From NCBI GenBank assembly GCA_947625585.1, contig CANQOZ010000001.1, positions 1-63,434 of the forward strand: a DNA stretch of 63,434 nt, given 5' to 3'. The position numbers and the translations under genes were made by a program. Position 1 is the stretch's first letter, and each line of letters starts with the position of its first letter. Positions 51,908 through 60,731 of the stretch are shown one piece after another. This DNA comes from an uncultured Eubacteriaceae bacterium. Lineage in GTDB: Bacteria; Bacillota; Clostridia; Eubacteriales; Eubacteriaceae. Under the pieces are notes generated by a model. It made no database searches. It was given only the letters and a program-made list of their open reading frames with translations, and was not told the origin of the DNA.

Positions 51908-52530
51908 CGTTTCTGATAAACCTCCTCAATAAGGTCAACAGCATCTTTTGTAAGAACCAAGTAATCGTACTTGAGCATATCGTAAACATTGAGTTCACCA
52001 ACAAACGTAGTTTTTACTTTTGGAATACTATTTGTTGATTTAATTAAGTTACTATTAACTTTATCCGTAACGATTAAAGCTTTTGGTGTTTCGATTGCCT
52101 TTATAACATCAACCATTTCTTTAGTTTTTGGTGATTCAAGATCTAAAGAATCGATGATCTTTAATTCATTACTTTGGTTTTTATCAGAGAATACAGAACG
52201 AATAGCTAGGTTCTTTTTCTTTTTATTCATCTTTTTACTGTAGTCACGAGGTTTTGGAGCAAAGATAACACCACCGCCACGCCATAGTGGAGAGGTATTA
52301 CTACCAGCACGTGCACGTCCTGTACCCTTTTGTCTCCAAGGTTTTCTACCACCACCACGTACTTCAGCACGTGTTTTAGCGCTCTTATTACCTTGTCTCT
52401 GATTAGCTAAGTATTGGACTACTGCTTCATGTACTACAGGTTCGTTTGGTTCAATATCAAAAATATCCTCGTTGAGTTCTAACTCGTCAACGACTTTACC
52501 TGTTCTATCAATTACATCAATCTTAGACAT
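51904..52530 (-). CDS. rplD: 50S ribosomal protein L4
   Basis: 208 aa. [17 protein letters not shown] motif. Confidence 0.97.
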   Translation of the reverse strand: MSKIDVIDRTGKVVDELELNEDIFDIEPNEPVVHEAVVQYLANQRQGNKSAKTRAEVRGGGRKPWRQKGTGRARAGSNTSPLWRGGGVIFAPKPRDYSKKMNKKKKNLAIRSVFSDKNQSNELKIIDSLDLESPKTKEMVDVIKAIETPKALIVTDKVNSNLIKSTNSIPKVKTTFVGELNVYDMLKYDYLVLTKDAVDLIEEVYQKR

Positions 52531-52539
52531 GTCAACTCC

Positions 52540-53178
52540 TTATGCTTGAGGTGCTTTTACACTGCTTTTGATATCGACGAATGAACCTCTTGGTCCTGGA
52601 ACAGAACCTTTGATTAAAATTAGGTTTTCGTCTGGTTCCACTTGAACAACTTCTAGACCCTGAACAGTAACTCTTTTGTTACCCATCTGTCCTGGAAGCT
52701 TCTTTCCTTTTGGAACTCTAGCCGGATATGCACTAGCACCCATAGAACCAACACGACGGTGATATTTTGAACCATGAGACATTGGTCCACGAGCTTGTCC
52801 ATGACGTTTAATAACACCCTGGAATCCTTTACCCTTGGATTTTGCTGAAACATCAACTTTTTCACCTGGTTCGAAAACATCAACTTTAATTACATCACCT
52901 GAATTAAGACTATCAATATCATCAATTCTAAATTCTCTGATTAGTCTTGTTGGTGTAGTATCGTATTTCTTAAAGTGACCTTCTCTTGGTTTGCTGACTC
53001 TCTTTGGTTTAATTTCGCCAAAACTTAACTGGATTGAGTCATAACCATCATTATCTTCTGTTTTCTTTTGGACAATTTCACACGGGCCCGCTTCAATAAC
53101 AGTTACCGGAATTACATCACCGTTTTCAGAAAACAGCTGGGTCATTCCGAGTTTACGCCCAATGATTGCCTTTTTCAT
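52540..53178 (-). CDS. rplC: 50S ribosomal protein L3
   Basis: 212 aa. [10 protein letters not shown] and FQGVIKRHG motifs. Confidence 0.97.
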   Translation of the reverse strand: MKKAIIGRKLGMTQLFSENGDVIPVTVIEAGPCEIVQKKTEDNDGYDSIQLSFGEIKPKRVSKPREGHFKKYDTTPTRLIREFRIDDIDSLNSGDVIKVDVFEPGEKVDVSAKSKGKGFQGVIKRHGQARGPMSHGSKYHRRVGSMGASAYPARVPKGKKLPGQMGNKRVTVQGLEVVQVEPDENLILIKGSVPGPRGSFVDIKSSVKAPQA

Positions 53179-53206
53179 ATTCTCTTCCTCTTCTATCTTT
53201 AAAACG

Positions 53207-53515
53207 TCATACTTTAATTTCTATATCAACTCCAGCCGGTAGATTTAAACGCATTAAAGCATCAACTGTTTTAGGCATTGGATTGATAATATCAATTAGG
53301 CGTTTGTGTGTGCTGATCTCAAACTGTTCCCTAGAATCTTTATCTTTATGAACAGCTCTTAGAATTGTTACGATTTCCTTATCTGTTGGTAATGGAATCG
53401 GTCCAGAAACACTAGCACCGGTTTGACGGGCTGTTTCTACAATTCTTTGTGCTGACTGGTCAAGCAGTTTATGATCAAACGCTTTTAACTTAATCCTAAT
53501 TTTTTGCTTTGCCAT
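53207..53515 (-). CDS. rpsJ: 30S ribosomal protein S10
   Basis: 102 aa. [17 protein letters not shown] motif. GAAGGAGAG SD. Confidence 0.98.
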   Translation of the reverse strand: MAKQKIRIKLKAFDHKLLDQSAQRIVETARQTGASVSGPIPLPTDKEIVTILRAVHKDKDSREQFEISTHKRLIDIINPMPKTVDALMRLNLPAGVDIEIKV

Positions 53516-53706
53516 AGCTTCTCTCCTTCTGTGATTACTAAATTGGCTTTACGTCTATTACCACTCTCTCGGGCATCCCACCAAGAGTGAATAAAAAAAG
53601 TTGCTCTGTTTATAGACGTAAACGTCCGATTCTTGATCGTGGCTTCTCGGTGAGAGTTACCTGAATTAGGTAACAGCAACATCTCACGTCATTGCAAACA
53701 GTCAAC
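53516..53706 (-). promoter_or_regulatory. long structured 5' leader of the S10 operon (candidate attenuator)
   Basis: About 190 nt lie between the candidate promoter and rpsJ. Hairpins include GUUACCU/AGGUAAC nested in GUGAGA/UCUCAC, GACG-UUUA-CGUC and CACUCU/AGAGUG. GUUGCU...AGCAAC long-range complementarity ends in a U7 run (53593..53599). Confidence 0.4.
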
Positions 53707-53713
53707 TTGAAAT

Positions 53714-53742
53714 ATTTTAAGATAATTATGAAAGTTTTTCAA
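53714..53742 (-). promoter_or_regulatory. candidate sigma-A promoter of the S10 operon (TTGAAA-17-TAAAAT with upstream A/T tract)
   Basis: The minus strand reads aaaaatttttaaaaaaagTTGAAAaactttcataattatctTAAAAT. Confidence 0.5.
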
Positions 53743-53807
53743 CTTTTTTTAAAAATTTTTGAAATTAATGTTAAAAGTTTTTGTTTTTGGATATGGAAAA
53801 CGGTTGC

Positions 53808-53833
53808 ACAAAAAAAGACGGTCAAACCGCCTT
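53808..53833 (-). terminator. intrinsic terminator after the ChW/Big_2 surface protein gene
   Basis: On the minus strand: aaggcgg-tttga-ccgtctt (one G-U pair) followed by a T-run. Confidence 0.7.
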
Positions 53834-53849
53834 TTACTTCTATTTCATT

Positions 53850-56012
53850 TTATGATCTCGGTACTATTTTCACCCGAATTGCCTCTAACTGTCGATGTTG
53901 TCCTTCAGTGCCTGCTAAAGCACCATCACTTACCCAGTCCATCCAGCCAATACCCCCTGCATAAACTTGATATTGTACGGAATACTTAGAAGCATTTTCT
54001 CCATTGAGTTTAATATGAATAGCCTCAAGTTGTTTATTTAGATGCATTGTTCCACAATACATTCCTGAATTAACTTGATCTGTCCACCCCATATCTTCGA
54101 CATGAGCATCATAAACGAGTCCAAGTCCTTCAATCGGAGTAGCAACCCTAAATCCTTCAAGATGTAAATTCTTTCCTTCTGTTCCGGCAACCTCGCCATC
54201 TCCTACTGTTGGGAGTTCAAAACCTAAGTTCTGAATATACGGAGTTACTGCTACATTACTAATAAAGTCATTTGGATTAACGTAGTTATAATAGAAAGAA
54301 TTAATTAAGTTCCCATTATCAAAGTCAAATGATCCATAGTAGCTTACTTTAATATTACAAGCTCGATCAAAATAGTTGTTTACCTTATTACCATTTACCG
54401 GGAAGGTATAACTCCAATGACCATCACTTTCATAATTTGCAACTTTACAGTTAATATCCGTTTGGCCAAGATTTGACCAACAGAAAATCGTAACCTGTCT
54501 TATGTTTTTATCCTGATATACTTTCATAGCTGGATTAGCAATTGGGTAAACATTGACTTTAAAACTATCAGGTGAATCTGAGGTAAATAGATTATTTTCA
54601 ATATAGTTTCGATAAGCATCGGCAACTACTGGTTTATTTGAAATTGTTACAGGACATTTCGTAGTAACAACATTCCCATTAGAGTCGGTAGCAGTTGCTG
54701 TTAAGAAGCCAAAACCTTGTTTATCTTTTGGAACAATTGAGACTGTTTTTCCATCCGGAGACGGATTAAAGTTAAATATGTCGGTATCACTTGTCCAGGT
54801 TATATTTCCAGTTGCATCTCCTGGATAAAGGTTTGCAGTTACAACGCTAAAAACCGTTGCATCCGGTGTTCCCTGGGTAGCGAGATAAACTGCATTAGGG
54901 AATACACTAATTCGTTCTGGATAAATTTCCCCCTGAGTTACCCGAACTGTAGCTGTTACACTCTTACCCATACAGGTGGCAGTAACAGAAACGGTTCCAA
55001 CACTCAAAGCAGTAATTTCTGCTTGAAGCCCATTTGGTTTAATTTCAGCAACAAGTTTGTTGGATATTGTCCAATTTGGAACAAGACCAACATCATTTGG
55101 ATAGATAGCAGCGGTTATAACCCCAGTCTTATTATTTTCTAAGTTTAAGTTTAATAGTAAAGGATTTAAAGTAATTGATCCGATATTATCATTGACTACA
55201 GTTACTTCAGTATCTTCTTTATATAGTGATGGATTTAAAGTATATCTTGTTGTTACAGTACAAGTACCTACTCCCCTTGGCGTAATATTTCCATACTGAT
55301 CAACACTAACTACTGCGTTATTACTAGAAGTATAAGTGAATAAGTTTAAATACGGAATATTTTGATTATAACTTGTACAATTACTAGGTTCTAAACTTGC
55401 ATTTAGATTTTGGGTACTTGGATTTGTTAAGTTAAAACTGAGTTGATTTGGAACACTAACTCCTGTAACATTAACATTTGAATTTGAAACAAAGTTTACA
55501 CTAAAAGAAGTGCTATATTCATTACTACCACTTTTGTAAGTAGCTGTGACAATTGTATTACCATTGTAAGTAGCACTTGGAGCAGTTAAGTTAAAACTAC
55601 TTCCATTCCCATTAGCTATTATCTGAAAACTAGATGAATTAAAAGTTACATTAGTGTTAACTGGCTTTTTGAAAGGTTCAGTTACAAGGTTATTTATAGG
55701 ATAGTAAGCTTTAGATGAATTTACATAAACTGTTTCAACTGCTGGCTTGATCCCATATATATTTTGACCGCTCGTTTCAAGAGTAGTGTTTACTTCCATA
55801 CTATCGATTGTTGAATAAGCACTTTCACTATCTTCAAAAAGGGTATTTTCGTTGGAATCAATAGAGTTACTTTCAATATTAGAGGAAGTTGAAGTTAATG
55901 GAAGGTTTTTATTACTACTTCGGTTCAAATTCGGTTCTTGAGCAAAGACATGAATGGGTAATAGTAAAAAAGTTAGCAGTAGTATATGAATTATCCTAAT
56001 TATCGTTTTCAT
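53850..56012 (-). CDS. secreted surface protein with multiple Big_2 domains, a possible Bsp-like repeat and three C-terminal ChW repeats
   Basis: I place the start at the ATG of MKTIIRIIHILLLTFLLLPIHVFA (56012, GGAAGGTG 9 nt upstream); the track ORF starts at the GTG at 56024. Big_2-like segments (YTSSNNAVVSVDQYGNITPRGVGTCTVT). ChW repeats (YDAHVEDMGWTDQV...QLEAIHIKL; YAGGIGWMDWVSDGALAGTEGQHRQLEAIRVKI). Confidence 0.8.
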   Translation of the reverse strand: MKTIIRIIHILLLTFLLLPIHVFAQEPNLNRSSNKNLPLTSTSSNIESNSIDSNENTLFEDSESAYSTIDSMEVNTTLETSGQNIYGIKPAVETVYVNSSKAYYPINNLVTEPFKKPVNTNVTFNSSSFQIIANGNGSSFNLTAPSATYNGNTIVTATYKSGSNEYSTSFSVNFVSNSNVNVTGVSVPNQLSFNLTNPSTQNLNASLEPSNCTSYNQNIPYLNLFTYTSSNNAVVSVDQYGNITPRGVGTCTVTTRYTLNPSLYKEDTEVTVVNDNIGSITLNPLLLNLNLENNKTGVITAAIYPNDVGLVPNWTISNKLVAEIKPNGLQAEITALSVGTVSVTATCMGKSVTATVRVTQGEIYPERISVFPNAVYLATQGTPDATVFSVVTANLYPGDATGNITWTSDTDIFNFNPSPDGKTVSIVPKDKQGFGFLTATATDSNGNVVTTKCPVTISNKPVVADAYRNYIENNLFTSDSPDSFKVNVYPIANPAMKVYQDKNIRQVTIFCWSNLGQTDINCKVANYESDGHWSYTFPVNGNKVNNYFDRACNIKVSYYGSFDFDNGNLINSFYYNYVNPNDFISNVAVTPYIQNLGFELPTVGDGEVAGTEGKNLHLEGFRVATPIEGLGLVYDAHVEDMGWTDQVNSGMYCGTMHLNKQLEAIHIKLNGENASKYSVQYQVYAGGIGWMDWVSDGALAGTEGQHRQLEAIRVKIVPRS

Positions 56013-56086
56013 TTTATCAATCACCTTCCATTTATTTTATTACGGATAATTTTACTTTCAGAGAGTAAGTTTTATCTTTAATTTAT

Positions 56087-56115
56087 ATTTTACTATAAAA
56101 ATCGTTATAAGTGAA
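56087..56115 (-). promoter_or_regulatory. candidate promoter (TTCACT-17-TAAAAT) for the ChW/Big_2 gene
   Basis: Read on the minus strand. The -35 overlaps the operator box at 56112..56125. Confidence 0.3.
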
Positions 56116-56125
56116 AACGTTAACA
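56112..56125. promoter_or_regulatory. cre/LacI-type palindromic operator candidate (TGAAAACGTTAACA)
   Basis: Perfect match to TGWAANCGNTNWCA. The flank TAAGTG is shared with the box at 23081. Confidence 0.45.
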
Positions 56126-56136
56126 AACATTTGTTG

Positions 56137-56150
56137 TGTTAACGTTTTCA
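56137..56150. promoter_or_regulatory. cre/LacI-type palindromic operator candidate (TGTTAACGTTTTCA)
   Basis: Exact reverse complement of the 56112 box. The box centres are 25 bp apart. Confidence 0.45.
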
Positions 56151-56410
56151 AATTACATGGTTTTAAAGATTACGAATTTTTTAAATGAATTAAGCTATTC
56201 GCAATAATTTTCACAATCTTAATTTTAATAAACAAAATTTGTTAATAGTTGCAAAATTTGTATAGAATTATTGTTTAATTCGTAACAATTTAATTGTAAT
56301 TTCACAAACTAAGTTGAGATGAAAACTATATATCCAATTGAAACAATTTAATTCATCTACAGTTTTGTCCGACAGATTACAATCGTTACAATTATGATAG
56401 AATTGTTACA

Positions 56411-57121
56411 ATGAAGCGAATTTTGGGTAAAATGCGCAAAGCCATTGAAAAATATGGCATGATTAAACCAAATGAGCTGGTCAGCGTGGGTGTATCGGGA
56501 GGTAAAGACAGTATGGCTTTACTGCACAGCTTAAACCTCTATAAACGCTTCTCGCCGGTACCTTTCGATTTACAAGCTATTACAGTAAATTTGGGCTTTG
56601 ACGGTATGGACTTTACTCCCGTTGAAACCTATTGTAGAGAAAATGGAATCCCCTACATATCTAAAGAGACAAATATTAAAAAAATTGTCTTTGACCTAAA
56701 AAATGAGAAATCCCCTTGTGGCTTATGTTCAAATTTAAGAAGGGGTGCTCTTCATAATGCCGCTTTAGAAACTGGTTCAAGAACAGTCGCTCTTGGCCAT
56801 CATGGTGATGATGCGGTAGAAACAGTTTTTATGTCCCTCTTGTTTGAAGGAAGATTTAACTGCTTTTCACCAGTAACCTATCTTGATAGAAAAGGGATTA
56901 ACTTAATTCGACCGTTTATCTACGTCAGGGAGAAGGAAATCATCTTTAATGAAAAATTAAAGCAACTTCCTATTGTAAAGAGTACCTGCCCTAATGATGG
57001 TTTTAGTAAACGTGAGGAAATCAAACAATTAATTCGGGGAATGGAAAAAACATACCCTGATTTACCGGAGCGGGTTTTACATGCACTCGAAAATAAAGAC
57101 CAGACCAACCTTTGGTTTTAA
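56411..57121 (+). CDS. PP-loop ATPase, TtcA-family tRNA thiolation enzyme
   Basis: 236 aa. SGGKDS PP-loop and CGLCSNLRRG motifs. The SD is weak, so the start is uncertain (alternative M8). Confidence 0.75.
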   Translation: MKRILGKMRKAIEKYGMIKPNELVSVGVSGGKDSMALLHSLNLYKRFSPVPFDLQAITVNLGFDGMDFTPVETYCRENGIPYISKETNIKKIVFDLKNEKSPCGLCSNLRRGALHNAALETGSRTVALGHHGDDAVETVFMSLLFEGRFNCFSPVTYLDRKGINLIRPFIYVREKEIIFNEKLKQLPIVKSTCPNDGFSKREEIKQLIRGMEKTYPDLPERVLHALENKDQTNLWF

Positions 57122-57152
57122 AAGCGAAAGTAAAAAGTAATAGGAGTTTATC

Positions 57153-57842
57153 ATGAATGAAAAAATTTTAGTCGTTGATGACGAAGCTGCTATAGTTGAT
57201 TTAATCAAAACCGAACTCGAATTTGAAGGTTATGACGTTGAAACAGCTTCTGATGGACAGATGGCTATTGATAAAGCCAAATCCTATGTTCCAGATCTTA
57301 TCATTTTAGATATCATGCTACCTAAAGTAAATGGATATGATGTCTGTAAAACTGTTTTAAATGAGATGAATGTACCAATTATTTTATTAACTGCTAAAAC
57401 AGACATTATTGATAAAGTTCTAGGTCTAGAATTAGGAGCTGATGATTATCTAACGAAACCATTTGATAATAGAGAATTATTGGCTAGAGTAAAAGCGCAT
57501 CTACGCCGTATTAAGAGAAATGAAGAATCTAGGAATAAACAAGAGAAGATAATCCGTAATGGTCCATTAGAAATAATTCCAGATGAACGTAAAGTATCCG
57601 TAAATAATGAAGAAATCCACCTCACTCCTAAAGAATTCGACCTGCTTTATCTTCTAGCGGATAATATTGAACAGGTTTTCCAGAGAGAAGCTCTACTTGA
57701 ACGAATCTGGGGTTATGATTATTTCGGAGACACCAGGACTGTCGATATGCATGTCCAACGTATTAGAAGAAAAATAAATCTTCCACAAGATAAGTTTATT
57801 AAAACCGTATTTGGTGTTGGTTATAAAATGATTCGCCTATGA
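57153..57842 (+). CDS. OmpR/PhoB-family response regulator
   Basis: 229 aa. Receiver domain (ILVVDDE, DLIILDIMLP, LTAK) plus a winged-helix domain (TVDMHVQRIRRK, GVGYK). Confidence 0.93.
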   Translation: MNEKILVVDDEAAIVDLIKTELEFEGYDVETASDGQMAIDKAKSYVPDLIILDIMLPKVNGYDVCKTVLNEMNVPIILLTAKTDIIDKVLGLELGADDYLTKPFDNRELLARVKAHLRRIKRNEESRNKQEKIIRNGPLEIIPDERKVSVNNEEIHLTPKEFDLLYLLADNIEQVFQREALLERIWGYDYFGDTRTVDMHVQRIRRKINLPQDKFIKTVFGVGYKMIRL

Positions 57843-59635
57843 GGTTACTCAATCTAAGGTCTAAATTAATAATTTATAACATCCTGTTTTACCTATTATT
57901 TATGTTAGTCCTACTTTTTATAATTCTACAGGCTGTCTGGTTTTATTCTGTTAATTCGATGAAAGAGGAACTGCTGCAGTATGGGACTAATTTAAATTTA
58001 TACATTCAGGAAGTTACCTCGCAGTTTGAAACGAATGAGGAAAAGATTAATTACTACGAAAATAACTCAAGCGAATTCTATGATGAAAGTGTAAGCCAGA
58101 GTACTGGTGAAGTTGAACTTTTTGATAATGAAGGTTTGCTTTTAAGCTATAACTCAAACAGAAATGAACCAGCTTATATGAACGATGAGCTAGAAGAGAG
58201 TATACTTACTGGCAAACCGGTTCTTACTATTAGAACCAATAATGGAATTCGTGAAATTTGGTTAATTGATCCCTTAGTGACTCCTAATAATACTGTTATC
58301 GGTTATATCGGCATGATCCAAAATTTATCGCAAGCCGATAACCTACAGTCTATTATCTTTGAAGTAATTGGGACTCTATCTGTAATCGGAATAATCATTA
58401 TTACTCTATTTAGCTATGCTATGGGTCAGGGCTTTACTAAGCCTATAAAACAATTAACTGAAATAAGTAGCCACATTAACGAAGGCGAGTATGATAGGGT
58501 AATTCAATATAAAAGGAACGACGAAATAGGTGAGCTCACTAGCATTTATAACAAAATGACTCAAAACATTAATAAAGTCATCATCCAACTTCGAAGCGAA
58601 CGTAAGCGTTTAGCTAACATTCTAGCCTCTTTAGAAGACGGTGTTATTGCAGTTAGTGAAGACGGAGAAATTCTTTTGACCAATAAGTTAATCAAAACTT
58701 ATTTTGATATTGTTGATCCCAAAACCATCTATGACTTTAACTACCATAAATCAATTATTGAATTATTTAATAACTTAAAAAAGGGTAAACGAAACCAATT
58801 TGAAGAAGTTGAAGTTAATGGAAGGGATCTTCTAATAACAGGCTCCCCTATTAAATCCGATGTTGCTGAAGAAAATTATTTAATAATCATCCGAAACGTC
58901 ACTTCTTCTAAAAACTTAGAACGTGAACAACGTAAATTCATCTCCTCTGTATCTCATGAACTTAGGACTCCGCTTACCACGATTATTGGTTATACCGATA
59001 TGTTAAGCAGGAGGAAAGTGGATAATCCTGAATTATTAGAGAAAAGTTTAAATACTATCAACAGAGAAGGACACCGATTAGTCCGATTAGTTGACGACTT
59101 AGTTACTGCTAATACTGTTGAAACAATGGTATTTACTGTTACTAAAACAAAAATTGACTTAGCTGAGCTCTTAAATAATGTAGTCGAACAGATGAAAATT
59201 AAGAGTTGGTCTAAAGAGATTGAAATAGCTTATAAAGCTCAAGAGAACCTTCCTGAAATCGCAGGAGATTACGACAGGTTAAGCCAGGTATTTATAAACA
59301 TTATCCACAATGCTATTAAATTCTCGAATGTAGGAGGGAAAATTGATGTTGTTTTAACTAGAGAAGATGAACGTTACCTAAACATTTCAATTCGAGATTA
59401 TGGAATTGGAATAGACCCAGCAAAAAAAGATATGATCTTTTCCGCATTTTACAGAGTCGATGAAGACAGAGCTCGAAACGAAGGTGAAGGTGGAGCTGGA
59501 TTAGGACTTTATCTAGTAAAACAAGTTGTTGATAACGTAATGGAAGAATCAGTGTTGAATCTGAAATTGATGAAGGAACCAATATTACAATTCTTCTACC
59601 GATTGAAGATGAAAGCATTGTTGAAGTGGAGGTAG
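57839..59635 (+). CDS. sensor histidine kinase (TM-sensor-TM-HAMP-PAS-HisKA-HATPase) with an apparent 1-nt frameshift near the 3' end
   Basis: 598 aa as given. H-box SHELRTPLT, N-box IHNAIKFS and G2 GGAGLGL are present. After VKQVVDN the frame loses homology. The canonical tail RNGRISVESEIDEGTNITILLP... is encoded in the other frame from 59536 to the TGA at 59638..59640. Confidence 0.85.
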   Translation: MRLLNLRSKLIIYNILFYLLFMLVLLFIILQAVWFYSVNSMKEELLQYGTNLNLYIQEVTSQFETNEEKINYYENNSSEFYDESVSQSTGEVELFDNEGLLLSYNSNRNEPAYMNDELEESILTGKPVLTIRTNNGIREIWLIDPLVTPNNTVIGYIGMIQNLSQADNLQSIIFEVIGTLSVIGIIIITLFSYAMGQGFTKPIKQLTEISSHINEGEYDRVIQYKRNDEIGELTSIYNKMTQNINKVIIQLRSERKRLANILASLEDGVIAVSEDGEILLTNKLIKTYFDIVDPKTIYDFNYHKSIIELFNNLKKGKRNQFEEVEVNGRDLLITGSPIKSDVAEENYLIIIRNVTSSKNLEREQRKFISSVSHELRTPLTTIIGYTDMLSRRKVDNPELLEKSLNTINREGHRLVRLVDDLVTANTVETMVFTVTKTKIDLAELLNNVVEQMKIKSWSKEIEIAYKAQENLPEIAGDYDRLSQVFINIIHNAIKFSNVGGKIDVVLTREDERYLNISIRDYGIGIDPAKKDMIFSAFYRVDEDRARNEGEGGAGLGLYLVKQVVDNVMEESVLNLKLMKEPILQFFYRLKMKALLKWR

Positions 59636-59636
59636 T

Positions 59637-60731
59637 ATGAAGAAATTATTTATAGCTTTGCTATTACTCTCCACGCTTATACTCACAGGATGTTCTAATT
59701 TTTTACTAGCAGATAATACTGTTTTAACTATTGATACGAATAAAAAACAGGAATTTATAATAAAGTCTATGAATACGGAACAGCCTGGAATTGTACGTGC
59801 AAAAACGAATGATAATCAGGTTATTTCAACTAATTCTATTAATGATGATTACTCAATAGACTTATATGATCCAAATACATCTACTTTAGTTAACTACATA
59901 ACAACAGATTACAGAATCTTTGATGTTAAGGCAGCTAGTGATGGTTTATTTTATTCACGAGTTATGGTAAATGATCCGGATAATATTCAGATCAACTGGT
60001 TTTCATTTGATAAAGCTACTGAAAGAACCATTACAACAATAGCTGATACACCAGATAGTGTTTTATATGCTTATGATACAGATAAAGTAGTTTATCTTGA
60101 TAATGGAAATGAAATAGTTTTCTCAAATTCACTAGGTCAAAACAACGTATATACTCTCGATTTTCCTATAAATTTAAAGGAAATTATTTGGTGTGATAAA
60201 GCAGAGACAGGATTCCTAATTGGAAACCAGGATGGTATGGATTCATCTGACCTTTATCAGTTTAGAATAAACGATGATAATACTTTAAATGTAAACAAGA
60301 TATCATCAAACACCCTTGATATGGACTTAAATAAAGATGAAAACAAGCTTGTCTATTTAAGTCAGAACGGTAATAAAACATTTATTTATGAGATCAGTGA
60401 TTTTAAGAGTGTTAGTCCTACTCCACTCTTTTCTGATATGAACTTAGAAAGAGTAAGTTACAACGGAGAAAACTTATTTTTTTCAAGAAGTGAAAACAGA
60501 AGGACACAATCAACTATTTGGTTTTTTGACAGACAAGCTCAAAGTGCCAATCAGGTAACCTCTCCGTTTGGTATTAATTCACCAATTATTGTTACAAATA
60601 ATAATGAGATTGTATTCTCATTTGATGAAAGAACCTACCAAGATGTCACTGCTTCTTATCAAATGTATAGTTTTATTGCCAACTTCCGTTTCGATCAAAA
60701 TAATCAAAATGAAAATTCGCCTTTACAATAA
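59637..60731 (+). CDS. lipoprotein (possibly beta-propeller-like), accessory to the two-component system
   Basis: 364 aa with a lipobox LILTGC. The ATG overlaps the TGA of the corrected kinase frame. Confidence 0.65.
   Translation: MKKLFIALLLLSTLILTGCSNFLLADNTVLTIDTNKKQEFIIKSMNTEQPGIVRAKTNDNQVISTNSINDDYSIDLYDPNTSTLVNYITTDYRIFDVKAASDGLFYSRVMVNDPDNIQINWFSFDKATERTITTIADTPDSVLYAYDTDKVVYLDNGNEIVFSNSLGQNNVYTLDFPINLKEIIWCDKAETGFLIGNQDGMDSSDLYQFRINDDNTLNVNKISSNTLDMDLNKDENKLVYLSQNGNKTFIYEISDFKSVSPTPLFSDMNLERVSYNGENLFFSRSENRRTQSTIWFFDRQAQSANQVTSPFGINSPIIVTNNNEIVFSFDERTYQDVTASYQMYSFIANFRFDQNNQNENSPLQ

Noticed and set aside
53485-53682. A 65 aa minus-strand ORF upstream of rpsJ.
   Set aside because: It lies in the S10 leader, overlaps the rpsJ start, and has no SD. 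The region is better explained as structured untranslated leader RNA.
53692-53989. Plus-strand ORFs 53692..53964 and 53759..53989.
   Set aside because: They span the S10 promoter, the surface-protein terminator and the antisense of the ChW repeats. They have no SD and an implausible composition.
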